Positions 19,102-29,978 of a stretch of DNA of 64,000 nt are shown piece by piece. The notes beneath the pieces were generated by a model. The model had not been told where the DNA came from, did not search any database, and was given only the letters and a program-made list of their open reading frames with translations. This stretch comes from Adineta vaga (taxonomy: Eukaryota > Animalia > Rotifera). Positions within the stretch are counted from its first letter, which is position 1; every line of letters starts with the position of its first letter. The DNA lies in assembly GCA_021613535.1 (NCBI GenBank), contig CP075497.1, forward strand, positions 6,138,001 to 6,202,000. The letters run 5' to 3'. The position numbers were made by a program, and so were the translations under genes.

Positions 19102-20704
19102 GTTCAATGTTACCGTGCATACTGATGAGAATAATAATTATTTATCGACGACAACATATATACAGAAAGATCTATAAAATACAATATAAAAAATAACAAA
19201 ACATTATTTGAGAAACTGAAGATGACAAACAAATTTTTGCTTGAATATACGTCAAAGAAAAAGAGAGGAAAAAAGAGAAAAAGGTCGTCGTCACTCCCGA
19301 TCAATCTTGCCCCATTCATACACAGCGAACATTCTTTTTTTCGAGCGTCGATACTGTTTACGTAACCTAGCTCTGGCGGTGTGTATATGTGTTGGATAGA
19401 GGACATACAGTAGTAGTAGTAGTAGTTCTATCTTGCCTACGACGATTGTCATCAATCAATTTTGATGAACCTCGTCCTGCAAGGTTCATTATTAAATAGA
19501 TGTATAAAGGTTCTTTTTCTAACACATAAGCAGCTGATTCGTATCACAACTAAGACAGTCTATTTACGAAACACAAATTAAATCTATCGAATAGCATGTT
19601 CGTTAAACATACATATATACGCGTTCGATCGGTTTCGTTGACATACTTGCTTTTGGGCGGAAGAAAGCAAGGAGATATAACGTGAAAGAGAATATAAATG
19701 CTTGTATTTTATGATGTTGTTACCAACATGAAAAAAAAAGAGATTAATAACTATTATATCGCGAGAATTAGTTGTTTTTCGCTTTCTTCGTTTTTTCTTC
19801 CAACAGCAAAATATATCGTCGATACGAGTAACATATGCCGAGATCTATCAACATAAAGACTGTATAACAAGGACAATGTATCATTAAATTAAAAGAAAAA
19901 GAGAAAAAAAGAAAAAAACACAGAGACGAACGGACAATACGAATATTTTGTCCGATTAGATTGGTGTACGCAGTAGTTGTAGTAGTAACACTAATGGTCA
20001 GACGAGAGTAAACGATGAACCTCTAGTATATGTGCATCGTGTTCTTTTTTTCTCTCTTCCCTACTCCACCCAATTCTCTTCATATACATATATATATATA
20101 TATATGTGTGTGTGTATATTGTTCATCGTTTTCGTTCTGTCTGTCTGTCTGAGTAGAGGCGAATAGAGCCGAAATTCGAAACGCTCGATATGTGTTTCGT
20201 TTTTACGAGACTGAAAAATGAATGGACAAAAGAAAAGAAGAAAGATGGCCCTAAAGGTCAATAGTAACAACGAAAACCAAAACAGAAATTTAAATGTACA
20301 AATTACAAATAAAGAAAATTCTAAATTCAGTATTTACTTGTGCAGCTTTTTCTTTTCGTCTATTCTTTTCATATGTTCTCTTTCTGAATAATTTAGTTTA
20401 CTTTTATTATGTAGAAGAAAAAGAAGAAGAGAAAAAAAATACATACAGTCTGTGATGTAATGATTCGTTTTTGGATGATCAAGGAAAAAAAAATAAGAAT
20501 AATTTCTTTTCATGACTATTACAACCATTCATTCCATGATCAACATATTGAAGTGTCAAATCCGATACGTGCAATTCTAGAAGAAATCAATCGATACTAG
20601 CGCTGGCTTTTTTCTCATTGGTAGAATAATCGACCGAATCGAAGATTTCGATCAGCTGTTTATTTGTTTTAATTGAGAAAATCGATCAAGCAAGATAAAT
20701 AACG

Positions 20705-23229
20705 ATGACGGAAGATAAAACTGAAGGTAGAGAAAAAAATGATTTTGACTTTTTCCGTAATCAATATACAGACATGTTATTGAATCTTTTTTTTCCTATC
20801 TATATTTAGCTATTCTATCATTTGAACAATTAAAAAACCTGCATACAAATTATCGACAAGATAAGAAAAATCTTCTTGCTCAATCATCATGTTGTCAACA
20901 ATCACTCACGGATATTATTGTCGATCGGCAAACACGTTTCTCATCTCTTCATGTTTTCAATACAAAAGTAAACATCTTGCGCACAACTAAAATATCGCGA
21001 TGATACAAAGGACATCGATCAGTACTAAACAACGAGCCATAAACGTTGTACATTGTCTATTGATTCAAATTCACGAGTCTCAAGAGACAAAAGGTCGGAT
21101 TCGATAATTGCGCATAAAACTCGGAAAAATTCCCGAACTAGATTAAGAAGAATATTCCTATATGATAAGTAGTCTAGTTATATCGATAGAGGTAATATGG
21201 TATGTGAAACCATTGGGTGTTGGCGGAAATGAGAGACTTCCATTTTCGTATGTTTTCTTCACGTCTTCGTTTATTTCTAAAGAGAAATATGACGCTTCAT
21301 GGTTGTTTATATTTACAAGTTTCCCGTAAAATGGATATATAAGATTTCTCTAGAGAAAATGAAAGCTTTCTTTCTCTAACACGCGATTCGTAATTTGCCA
21401 CTCTTGAATTTCTTTATCGTAAAAGTATGATATTTCTCTCAAAATGACAATCTAAATAAAGATCTCGTCTCTGCTAGAACATAGAACACTTGACATAGGT
21501 CACCAATACTTAAGAAATAGAAAAATTTCATAAATCATAAAAATAAACTACATTCGATATTGTTTTAGTTGTTAACAGAAGGTCGTCCTGTGACAAATCA
21601 AAGAGCTTCAGGTCGTTGTTGGATGTTTGCTTGTTTAAATGTTATCCGTATTCATTTGATGAAAGCATTGAAAATTTCTGAACTTGAATTAAGTCAAAAC
21701 TATTTATTCTACTATGACAAAGTATGTTTCTTTCTTTATTAATATAATGATATTCTAAATGGAATCTATCACAAAATAGATTGAACGAAGTCATTATTTT
21801 CTCATGACAATGATCGATTTAGCTAAAAAGAAAGAACCAATACATGGTCGACTTGTGCAATATCTTTTAAAAGAATTACTCATCGATGGAGGTAACTACA
21901 AATAAAATAGAACGTTGTTTGTCGAATATTTATTTTCATTTTTCTAAGGTCAATGGGATATGCTTGTCAATTTGGTAAACAAATATGGTGTTATACCAAA
22001 AAGTTCTTTTCCAGAAAGTGCATCATCAGAAGCAGCTATGCTTATGAATAAATTTCTTCGAACTAAAGTAATCTTATTGGATAAAAATCTTAATTTTCTT
22101 TCGCGTTTTTATAATTAGTTACGTGCATATGCTCAAGAAATATTTGACGCATTTGAAAAAGAAGATGCTAAAGAGAGCGATATAATTGCTCGAGAAGCTG
22201 AAATGATGACAGAAGTAGGTTATTTTCTACAAGTTGTATATCTTAATAAACAAAGTATTATTTTAGATTCATCGAATTGTAACTATATGCTTAGGATCAC
22301 CACCAGAACAAATCACATTTGAATACTATGATACATCGAAACAATACCAGAAAATTGGTCCAATTAGTCCAATTGATTTTTATCAACAAATCGTAAAACC
22401 AGTTTACAATATCGATAATAAAGTAGTAATCTAATAAACTTCTGATCTTTGTCAATTTTCTTTTCCTTAGATATGTCTTGTCCATGATCCTCGTGTTTCA
22501 CATTCATATGGTCGTCTATATACTGTTGAATATCTTGGAAATATTATTGGTGGCCATAAAACTCGTTATAATAATCAATCTATTCGTGTTCTTAAACAGG
22601 CAGTTTATGATTCGATTGCTGCCGATGAAGTAAAAAGATTTCTATGAAATGAAAACAATTCTACTCACTTTTATTTATAGGCTGTTTGGTTTGGTGTCGA
22701 TTTTGGTAAACATATGCATGCAAAATATGGTATACTTGATATGAAAATTTTTGATACGCAACTTTATTTCAATTCACAATTTCCTTGTCAAAATAAAGCA
22801 TCACGATTAGAATATGGTGAATCATTAATGACACATGCAATGGTATTTACAGGTGTTCATGTAGAAAAACGTTCGTCAAAAGATCAACAAGATAAAATGA
22901 AAACATCTGATGATGAAAAAGCTCAACCTAATGAGTTACAATTTATTCGATATCGAGTTGAAAATTCCCATGGAGATGATAAAGCTGATAAAGGTTATCT
23001 TGTCATGAGTGATGATTGGTTTAATGAATATTTATATGAAATTGTTGTGGATAAAAAATATCTTTCAAAAGATATTGTTGCTGTGATGGATCAAGAACCT
23101 ATTGCTTTAAAAGCATGGGATCCTATGGGTGCTTTAGCATGTTGTGTAAGTTACCTTCTTAAATAGATATTTTTTTCTCTTATCATTCAAATTTAGGAAG
23201 ATGAAATAACAGATGAATTAAAGCAATAA
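20705..23229 (+). CDS. BLMH: Bleomycin hydrolase (C1B cysteine aminopeptidase)
   Basis: PVTNQRASGRCWMFA (catalytic Cys), ELSQNYLFYYDKIER, DGGQWDMLVNLV, MTHAMVFTG (His), RVENSHG (Asn) and WDPMGALA. Confidence 0.95.
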
Positions 23230-23776
23230 AATAATCAGTCTTTCTACATACATCTTTATGAGTAAGTGTTCATTTTTTCATTGATATAAAAGACGAGTAA
23301 TATCAGATCACTGTTTATACAGTTTTATTAAAACCCATATCATTGACTAAAATGTTTACTTCTAAATTAAGTAAGAATTTCAATCTTTTTTCTTTCTTTA
23401 TTTTAGTTAAATCAACTGCGCTATTGATAGCAACATATTCAGGTCCTGCCCTAATAAACTAACTCTTAACATTTATCTTTTCTTTTTTTCTTGTGATTTA
23501 ACATTTTAATCCAAATAAAACATTGATTCTTTTTTTTTTCAACATAAAAATCCGCTAATCTTTAGTTTAATTTTCAGCAAGACCACCTCGATTTATTTTC
23601 AAATGAGAAATAATTAATTGTTTGTTTCTTATCTCGTTTTCTAACCGAGGTGGTCATTATGTATACATGTTATCAAGCGATCGATTTTTATGTTTCTACG
23701 AGGTGGTCTGATTCAATGAAGAGTATAAATATTCGTAGAAATTCACAGTTTTCTTTCAAAAAAAAAGCAACAAACC

Positions 23777-24682
23777 ATGCAGATCATCTTCAATATTATT
23801 TCTATTTTGATATTAGAAGAATGTCTTCGAATACATGCTTCGACTAGTCAAACTGAATCTATTATTGACTTATATAAACGAATTAGTGAAAAAGGTTCTC
23901 TAGTCGATGGATTATCACTCAATGAACATGCTCAATTAAAATTGAAAACAGTCAATACGATTCGATTGGTTCCGTTAACATTTATATCAACAGATAAATC
24001 AATTCTATTATTTAATATTAGTTTAAATAAATTACAAACGAATGAAGAAGTTAAATTAATTGAATTTCGTGTGAAATTAACAACTCCTATTAAAAGAAGA
24101 AAATTACGATTAATTATTCGAAATTCATTTCAGCAAAGAAAACGAATTCGTCCATTGATAATTTCTAAAGAAGAAAGTGAATATATTTCTTATGATATCA
24201 CTGATTATTTAATTCATAATTCAACAGAACAAAGTGTTATAATTCGACAGCAATTTTGGTTACGAAAACATCTTCAAGAAGTATCATTAGTACTTTATTC
24301 TCGTACGCCTGGTGTATTTCTTCTTCCATCACCCACTCTTCGAACAAAACGATCTGTTAAACAACACATTACAGGTCCTTGTTCCAGACATGATCTATTT
24401 GTTAATTTTGATCAACTTTCATTCGGTGCATGGGTTGTTGAACCAAAACGATTCAATGCTGGAATCTGTCGTGGTGATTGTCCGAATCCTTTATCACGCT
24501 TGTATTATCCTACGAATCATGCCATGTTATTGAGTCTGTTACATGAACGTGGCAATTCCATTCAACAACCATCATGCGTACCTGTTCGACTTCGACCACT
24601 GGATTTACTGTACTATGATCGACGAGAACTCGTAATCAAACGACATCAAGGAATGCAAGTCGCTGAATGTGGTTGTCGATAA
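23777..24682 (+). CDS. nodal: Nodal-like TGF-beta superfamily ligand, single exon
   Basis: Signal peptide; prodomain; furin site RTKR (24341-24352); mature domain C..F..W.VEPK.FNA..C.G.CPNPL...PTNHA.L.SLL...CVP..L.PL.LLY...H.GM.V.ECGCR, whose CPNP/PTNHA/H-x-x-M motifs fit Nodal better than BMPs. Confidence 0.8.
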   Translation: MQIIFNIISILILEECLRIHASTSQTESIIDLYKRISEKGSLVDGLSLNEHAQLKLKTVNTIRLVPLTFISTDKSILLFNISLNKLQTNEEVKLIEFRVKLTTPIKRRKLRLIIRNSFQQRKRIRPLIISKEESEYISYDITDYLIHNSTEQSVIIRQQFWLRKHLQEVSLVLYSRTPGVFLLPSPTLRTKRSVKQHITGPCSRHDLFVNFDQLSFGAWVVEPKRFNAGICRGDCPNPLSRLYYPTNHAMLLSLLHERGNSIQQPSCVPVRLRPLDLLYYDRRELVIKRHQGMQVAECGCR

Positions 24683-25009
24683 AAACTCTTCATTTTTAAA
24701 TAAACATGTATTCGTTTTATTTTGAAATTGCATTAAATTTTCGTTCACGAGGATTGACTATATTATTTGCATGCTTTCTATTTCCTATCGTCTTCAACAT
24801 GCAGAAAGATGTGAACACTTATGGTTGGTTGTAAACTCGATTGATTTTTAGAAAAGATATCATTGTAAAGCAAATTTTCTAATTTCATTCTATATTGATA
24901 TTCAAGTGGAGAGGGAATCACAGAATATTTTCATTGCTTTTATCGCATACGTAGCCTTGAAATTCATATGTTTGGAGGAATGCGTGGAAAAAGACCGAAA
25001 GGAAAAATA

Positions 25010-25414
25010 GGTAAGAAAAGTTAGCACCATATTCGAGTATTTTTTGTCAGGATTCGCCTGTAAACTTGTGCTGGTCTTCGAAAAGGTTGTGTTGGATGCA
25101 CAATTGAATTCTCTATCAAAAGATGTAGGTCTTAGGGGATATTACCGCAGGCGAGAGTCCAAGTGTGGGTGTGACGATTTTTTTCTCTGAGTGACCCTCT
25201 TCAAAAACTACATCATTTGATAGAGAATTAAATTCTAAATCCAACACATCCTTTCTTAGACACAGCACAAGTTCTCAAGCGAATCCGGGCAAGAAATACA
25301 AAAGTTTTAAGACCAAAAAATGCGTGAAAAAGCCGGTTTTTCGTCGAAAACTTCAGTTTTTGGACGGCGAATCCTAACAAAAAATACTCGAATATGGTGC
25401 TAACTTTACCTACG
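25010..25414. mobile_element. MITE (family A) inserted in the left MULE terminal inverted repeat (TIR)
   Basis: TIRs AAAGTTAGCACCATATTCGAGTATTTTTTGT.AGGATTCGCC at both ends; flanked by TA at 25008-25009 and 25415-25416. Confidence 0.8.
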
Positions 25415-25736
25415 TAGGGAAAATGTCGAATATATAATTGATTAAAGAAAAGGAGGAGAAATATCGAAAGAGAAAACGTCGAAAAGAAAAATATCAAAGA
25501 AGAGAGAAGAATTAATTCATCAGAGGTCACTGTGATAAGATGTCTGACACATATCTAGTCTGATTGACTTATGCAGTCAAATATGTCTATTAGTTGTAAT
25601 ATGTGATTATGTACGATTGAATACAATGAACAGATATCGATGTCATCTATTTGTTTGTTTTCCATTGTTTTTTATCAATGACTAGACTTTATTCAAGATC
25701 TTCAGAAAAAGTCCCCAATAATTAAAGAGATAAAGA

Positions 25737-26535
25737 CCCAGGATGAGTAATCCGGGATCCAGATCCCGTCGGAAATCCTACTAAATCCGATGAAATCCGA
25801 CAGGATCCAGCAGGTTTTTTACACGTTTTCATACCCAGGATTTTCATTGCTTTTTTTTCAAATTTTATATTTACATATATTCATTTATTGAAATTATTTA
25901 TATAAAACAACGAAAAGACTATTTTACAAAAAGGACAAATAGACAGGTGAAAAACAATTTTTACCCAACGAATCTTTTCATAAAAAAGATTTTTTATAAA
26001 CTGTAAGTATATAAAAAAAGAAAATTTCAAATAAAATATTCGGTTCGAAAATGGAAAAAATAAAATAAAATAATTAATATATAAAAAAAAGAAGTTTAAA
26101 TGAACTATTTTGTTCTAAAACGAAAAAAAATAAAAAAATTGTTAATAAAAATGTTTTACAAATCTAATTCGAGTAGAACGGAAGTAAAAATGACTGTATC
26201 CTGTCGAAGAAATGAACGAACGAAAGGACGATTTTTCCGAGCAGATCGTCACATGACTTGCTGGCAATCCAGAAAAACTGTTAATAGATGTCGCTTAAGC
26301 GTACAGTTAACCTTTCTAAATAATAAATATCTACTTCTTGTAAACATACTGATAAATGTCAATTATAATGAGTCAAATTTTGTTTAAAGATCATTGAAAG
26401 ACCTATCACGAGTAAGAATTGACTGGAGTAGATTACATAGTATTTAATGGTACAAAGCCCTGACAGTTCCGACACTTTCTGATAGTCGGATTATGTGGGA
26501 TCCGACAGGATTCGATGGGATGGTTTCGACCTGGG
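25737..26535. mobile_element. Non-autonomous CCCAG-terminated element (CMC/EnSpm-like)
   Basis: Begins CCCAGG and ends CCTGGG, with GA on both sides (2-bp TSD) and TCCGAC/GTCGGA subterminal repeats at both ends. Confidence 0.7.
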
Positions 26536-26580
26536 GATTGTTGTTTTATTATTTCAGAGTTATTATCTATGTTATTTAAT

Positions 26581-27200
26581 ATGATTTCTTTCCGTAATTC
26601 TCAAAAGGGTTGTCCAATGTTGATCAAGAACAATTATATCTTTAAATATAATAAAACGGTCGGAGAAACAAAGTATTATCGATGTAAAAATACAAGCTGT
26701 AGTGTAACTTTGCATACTGATCTGAATGATGTTATGTCAAAGTTTACTGGTGAACATTCTCATCTACCTGAACGTGAAGAAATTCAAATTCGAAAATTTA
26801 AAAAAGCTGTTAAACAACATGCCAAAAATGAAACTACACCAATTTCACAAATTTATGACGAGGAATCAATACGACTTGATTTGCCGAAATTATCTATTGC
26901 TGCTTTACCATCTGAAAATAAAATGCGTGAGTCAGCAAATGATTTTCTTTCATCTCAGAAATTATTTCTAGGTAGTACATTAAATAAAGCACGACGTTTA
27001 CAAACACTAGCTATTCCTGGTTCTCAAATATTCGAAATCCCAGAATCTTATACTAAAACCTTGAAAGATTTAGGTTTTCTATGTATTGATGAAAGTATAA
27101 AAAGGAAAACTCGAATGTTGGTATTTGCATCAGATGAACATTTAAAATTATTGTTTAGTAGTTCAACCATTTTAATGGATGGAATATTTTCTTCATCGCT
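26581..27200 (+). pseudogene. Truncated FLYWCH + MULE transposase
   Basis: SQKGCPMLIKNNYIF...YYRCKNTSC...HSH (FLYWCH), intron 26927-26971, then RMLVFAS...L...ILMDGIF (first DDE Asp), after which similarity ends. Confidence 0.8.
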
Positions 27201-27392
27201 TGAGATACTGATTGGAATTCTTATTCCTTTTTTCATTTAATAAAGTCTATTCTCATTTTATGAAGATTATTTCTCTTATTCATACATTCTAACCGTCGAA
27301 TATTCTCTTTCTCTCTTTACTCTTTTCGACGTTTATTCATTCGTCGTTTTTCCTTTCGACATTTTTCTTTTCGGTCTTTTTCCACCATACCC

Positions 27393-27800
27393 ATGAACTA
27401 AATCGATATGTATTCAATGGAGAAATATCTGAGTAAAAATTCCTAAATTATTTTCTTGAAATTCTTGATTGAAATCTTTTCTAGTAATGAAATTCGTCAA
27501 CAATTGAATGAAATCATAATTAGTCTAATTAAACAACATGGTTTTAAAGGTGATTAGAAATATTAATTACTTTTCTTTGTATGTTTATTATATTTTACCG
27601 TAGATTTTAATCTAGAATGTGTATTCGTCCTTGAATCATGTTTATTTGATGTTTATCAAGATCTGTTAATACGTTTCAAACAACATATGGAATCACTTGG
27701 TTCATCAATGACAATTCAAGATGCTCTTGAACAAACATTAAATGAAATTATGTCTAGTAATTTACAAGATTTATATGATTACATGAAAGAACAACATTAA
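27393..27800 (+). pseudogene. SUPT7L-like (bromodomain-associated histone-fold) gene fragment lacking its 5' end
   Basis: Three in-frame exons (to 27432; 27485-27549; 27604-27800) give IRQQLNEIIISLIKQHGFKDFNLECVFVLESCLFDVY...DALEQTLNEI...LQDLYDY; no in-frame ATG after the TIR. Confidence 0.55.
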
Positions 27801-27847
27801 TTTCTTCTTTTATGTTTTTGTTAATTTTTTTTTGATGAGTTAAATAA

Positions 27848-28180
27848 CGTAATAAAAGTTAGCAGCGTATTCGAGTATTTCCTGCTGATATTCGCTCATG
27901 GACTTGTGATGGATGTAGAATTCAATTCTCTATCGAATGGTGTATTTTTCAATAGGGGTTGTCGGAGGAAAAACGGGAGAGGGAGAGGTTGGCCCAAATA
28001 CTGGGATATGGGTTGACCCCTTCGCTCGCGCCCCTTTTCCTCCGACAACCCCTATTGAAAAATACACCATTCGATGCAGAATTTAATTCTACATCCATCA
28101 CAACCAATTATAGACTCATCACAAGTCCATGAGCGAATATCAGCAAGAAATACTCGAATACGCTGCTAACTTTTATTACA
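27848..28180. mobile_element. Fold-back MITE (family A relative)
   Basis: Almost fully palindromic; terminus CGTAATAAAAGTTAGCAGCGTATTCGAGTATT resembles the MITE at 25010. Confidence 0.85.
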
Positions 28181-28378
28181 TTACTTCTACATATTTTCAT
28201 TCTCCATCAACAATCTGACTTTCCGTCGACTGTTTCAATCGCTGTTAATCATAATAATATTCTATCCAATACCTTTATTGAGAATAGATAAACAAATTCA
28301 ATCACAAGCCACAAACTAAGCAGTTTCAAAACAATTTACCAAACATCTGTAGTTTCAGAAGAAAGACGTGTTAGGAGT

Positions 28379-29978
28379 GTGCAAAATAACCTTTTCAAAC
28401 TGTTCAATAGCAATACCAACAATAACTACAAAGATTGGCAGAACACTACTACTCACCTACAGCGTGCTATCAACGATATCAATATATTCACAGATGTTGA
28501 TCAATGTATTGAATGCATGATTATTTCAAGATCACTTGGACAGCGTACTGTACCATGTGTATACCATTCGTGTCAATTAAACTCCATTCTGATCTTTTCC
28601 AATGGAAAAATTAAAGATGAATAGTGGACTAAAGAGTGGCCCAAAAGAAGGGGGATGTTTGCAGAAATAGCAGATCAACAATATGAACAAAGTACGATAT
28701 CCATGAGTTTCGTGGTACCCAACAAAAAACTTGATTCATCTTTCATGTACACATATATCCTTAAAGCAATCTTGTTAACCATAAACTTTAGTAATATTGA
28801 TATTGCAAAATTCATTGATTATTGTTCTGATTCACTCACAAATACTAGCGAAGAGCTGAATAATGTTAAAGAATTGATAATAAAATATCATGAAAAAACA
28901 TCCATCTGGTGGTATATTGAAGAAGGCACTCTCTTTTGTGCTAAATCGTGCATTACGCGAGATTAACGGTAATATGATGACGCGTTTGTGCTACTTTATT
29001 AATGATCTTCATCGTCAAATCAAACAATTACGCCAAAAAACAGTGCAGTAATTAATCATGCGCTCAGACCATTACCGTTTATCGTGGACAATATTTATCA
29101 AAGACAGATTTCGAAGAACTACTACAGATAAAAGGTGAACTAATTTCATTCAACAACTTTGTATGCTTCTATTCGTGGTATTAGCTATTTTCACTCACCA
29201 CAGTGATTTCGCATCCATAATATCCCAGCACTGAGCGAGAACAATAGATTCTATGAGATACACTTGAGATTTACCAATGATAATGATAAAGAATTAAGCA
29301 CTCTTACTGAATCCATCAGAGAAGAAAGTTTCCCATGAAATGAAGTATGGCATGATTGAGTTCAGTAAAAAGTCAATTAGACCAAATTGACGCAACAAAA
29401 GAAATCTGCGAAATGCAACTTGCTCAAGCAATAGATGACAGTAAAAGTGCAGAAACATATCATCACCTTGCCAATATCAAACACATCCGAGGACGAATCA
29501 AAAGGCATTGATATTCGATGAGAAATTACTTGAAATCATCGAAAGAAAATATCTTCTGAACTAGTCTCTTCTCGCTATTATCTACCATAGTATTTCTCGT
29601 GTGTTTATTACAGAATGGGTGACTATCCAAAAGCTCTTGCGAATTAGAAAGGATCACTTCCTCAAAAACACCCTTATTTGGCCTTATCCTACAACGACAT
29701 TGGTGAGATGTATAAAAAGACAAGTGACTGTTCAAAAGCACTTTCGTTTCATGAAAAGATCCTTGATATTGGTCAAGAATTGCTTCATTCTATCCATTCT
29801 CAATTGGTATTATCCTACAATAACATCGGCGATGTCTCTCATCAAATAGGAAATAATTCGAAGGCTGCATCATTTTTTGAACACGCTGTGAAGATTGAAG
29901 AACAGTTATTTCCACGAATCCATCAGGAACTTACAAAAAGGTAAAGAAAAGCCTGAAATTGTGAGAAAGGTGTAACAT
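28379..29978 (+). pseudogene. Degenerate ADP-ribosyltransferase + TPR gene
   Basis: Fragments in shifting frames: IFTDVDQCIE, SFMYTYILKAILL, IWWY, LNRALR, FINDLHRQI, TVYRGQYLS, GELISFNNF and TPRs (ALSYNDIGEMY, VLSYNNIGDV); several stops, frameshifts and deletions. Confidence 0.8.

Larger units (their letters stand above)
24976..27392. mobile_element. Defective Mutator-like (MULE) DNA transposon hosting two nested insertions
   Basis: Inverted termini GTGGAAAAAGACCGAAA(G/A)GAAAAAT at ~24984 and ~27361-27392, GAAAA-TGTCGAAA subrepeats, and an internal FLYWCH/MULE transposase remnant. No clean target-site duplication (TSD). Confidence 0.75.

Noticed and set aside
20705-23229. Horizontal origin of the PepC-like peptidase or other genes
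   Set aside because: Intron-rich with metazoan-like sequence; nothing in the window looks clearly bacterial or fungal by eye.
24799-24975. Possible 5' exons of the SUPT7L-like gene left of the MULE
   Set aside because: An ATG and possible splice sites exist, but no frame gave recognisable similarity or joined cleanly across the element.
25417-25510. CRISPR-like spaced repeats (GAAAA..TCGAAA)
   Set aside because: Short degenerate TIR subrepeats without regular spacers, in a eukaryotic context with no cas genes.
24968-27401. 9-bp MULE TSD (ATGTTTGGA vs ATGAACTAA)
   Set aside because: Only 4 of 9 bases match.
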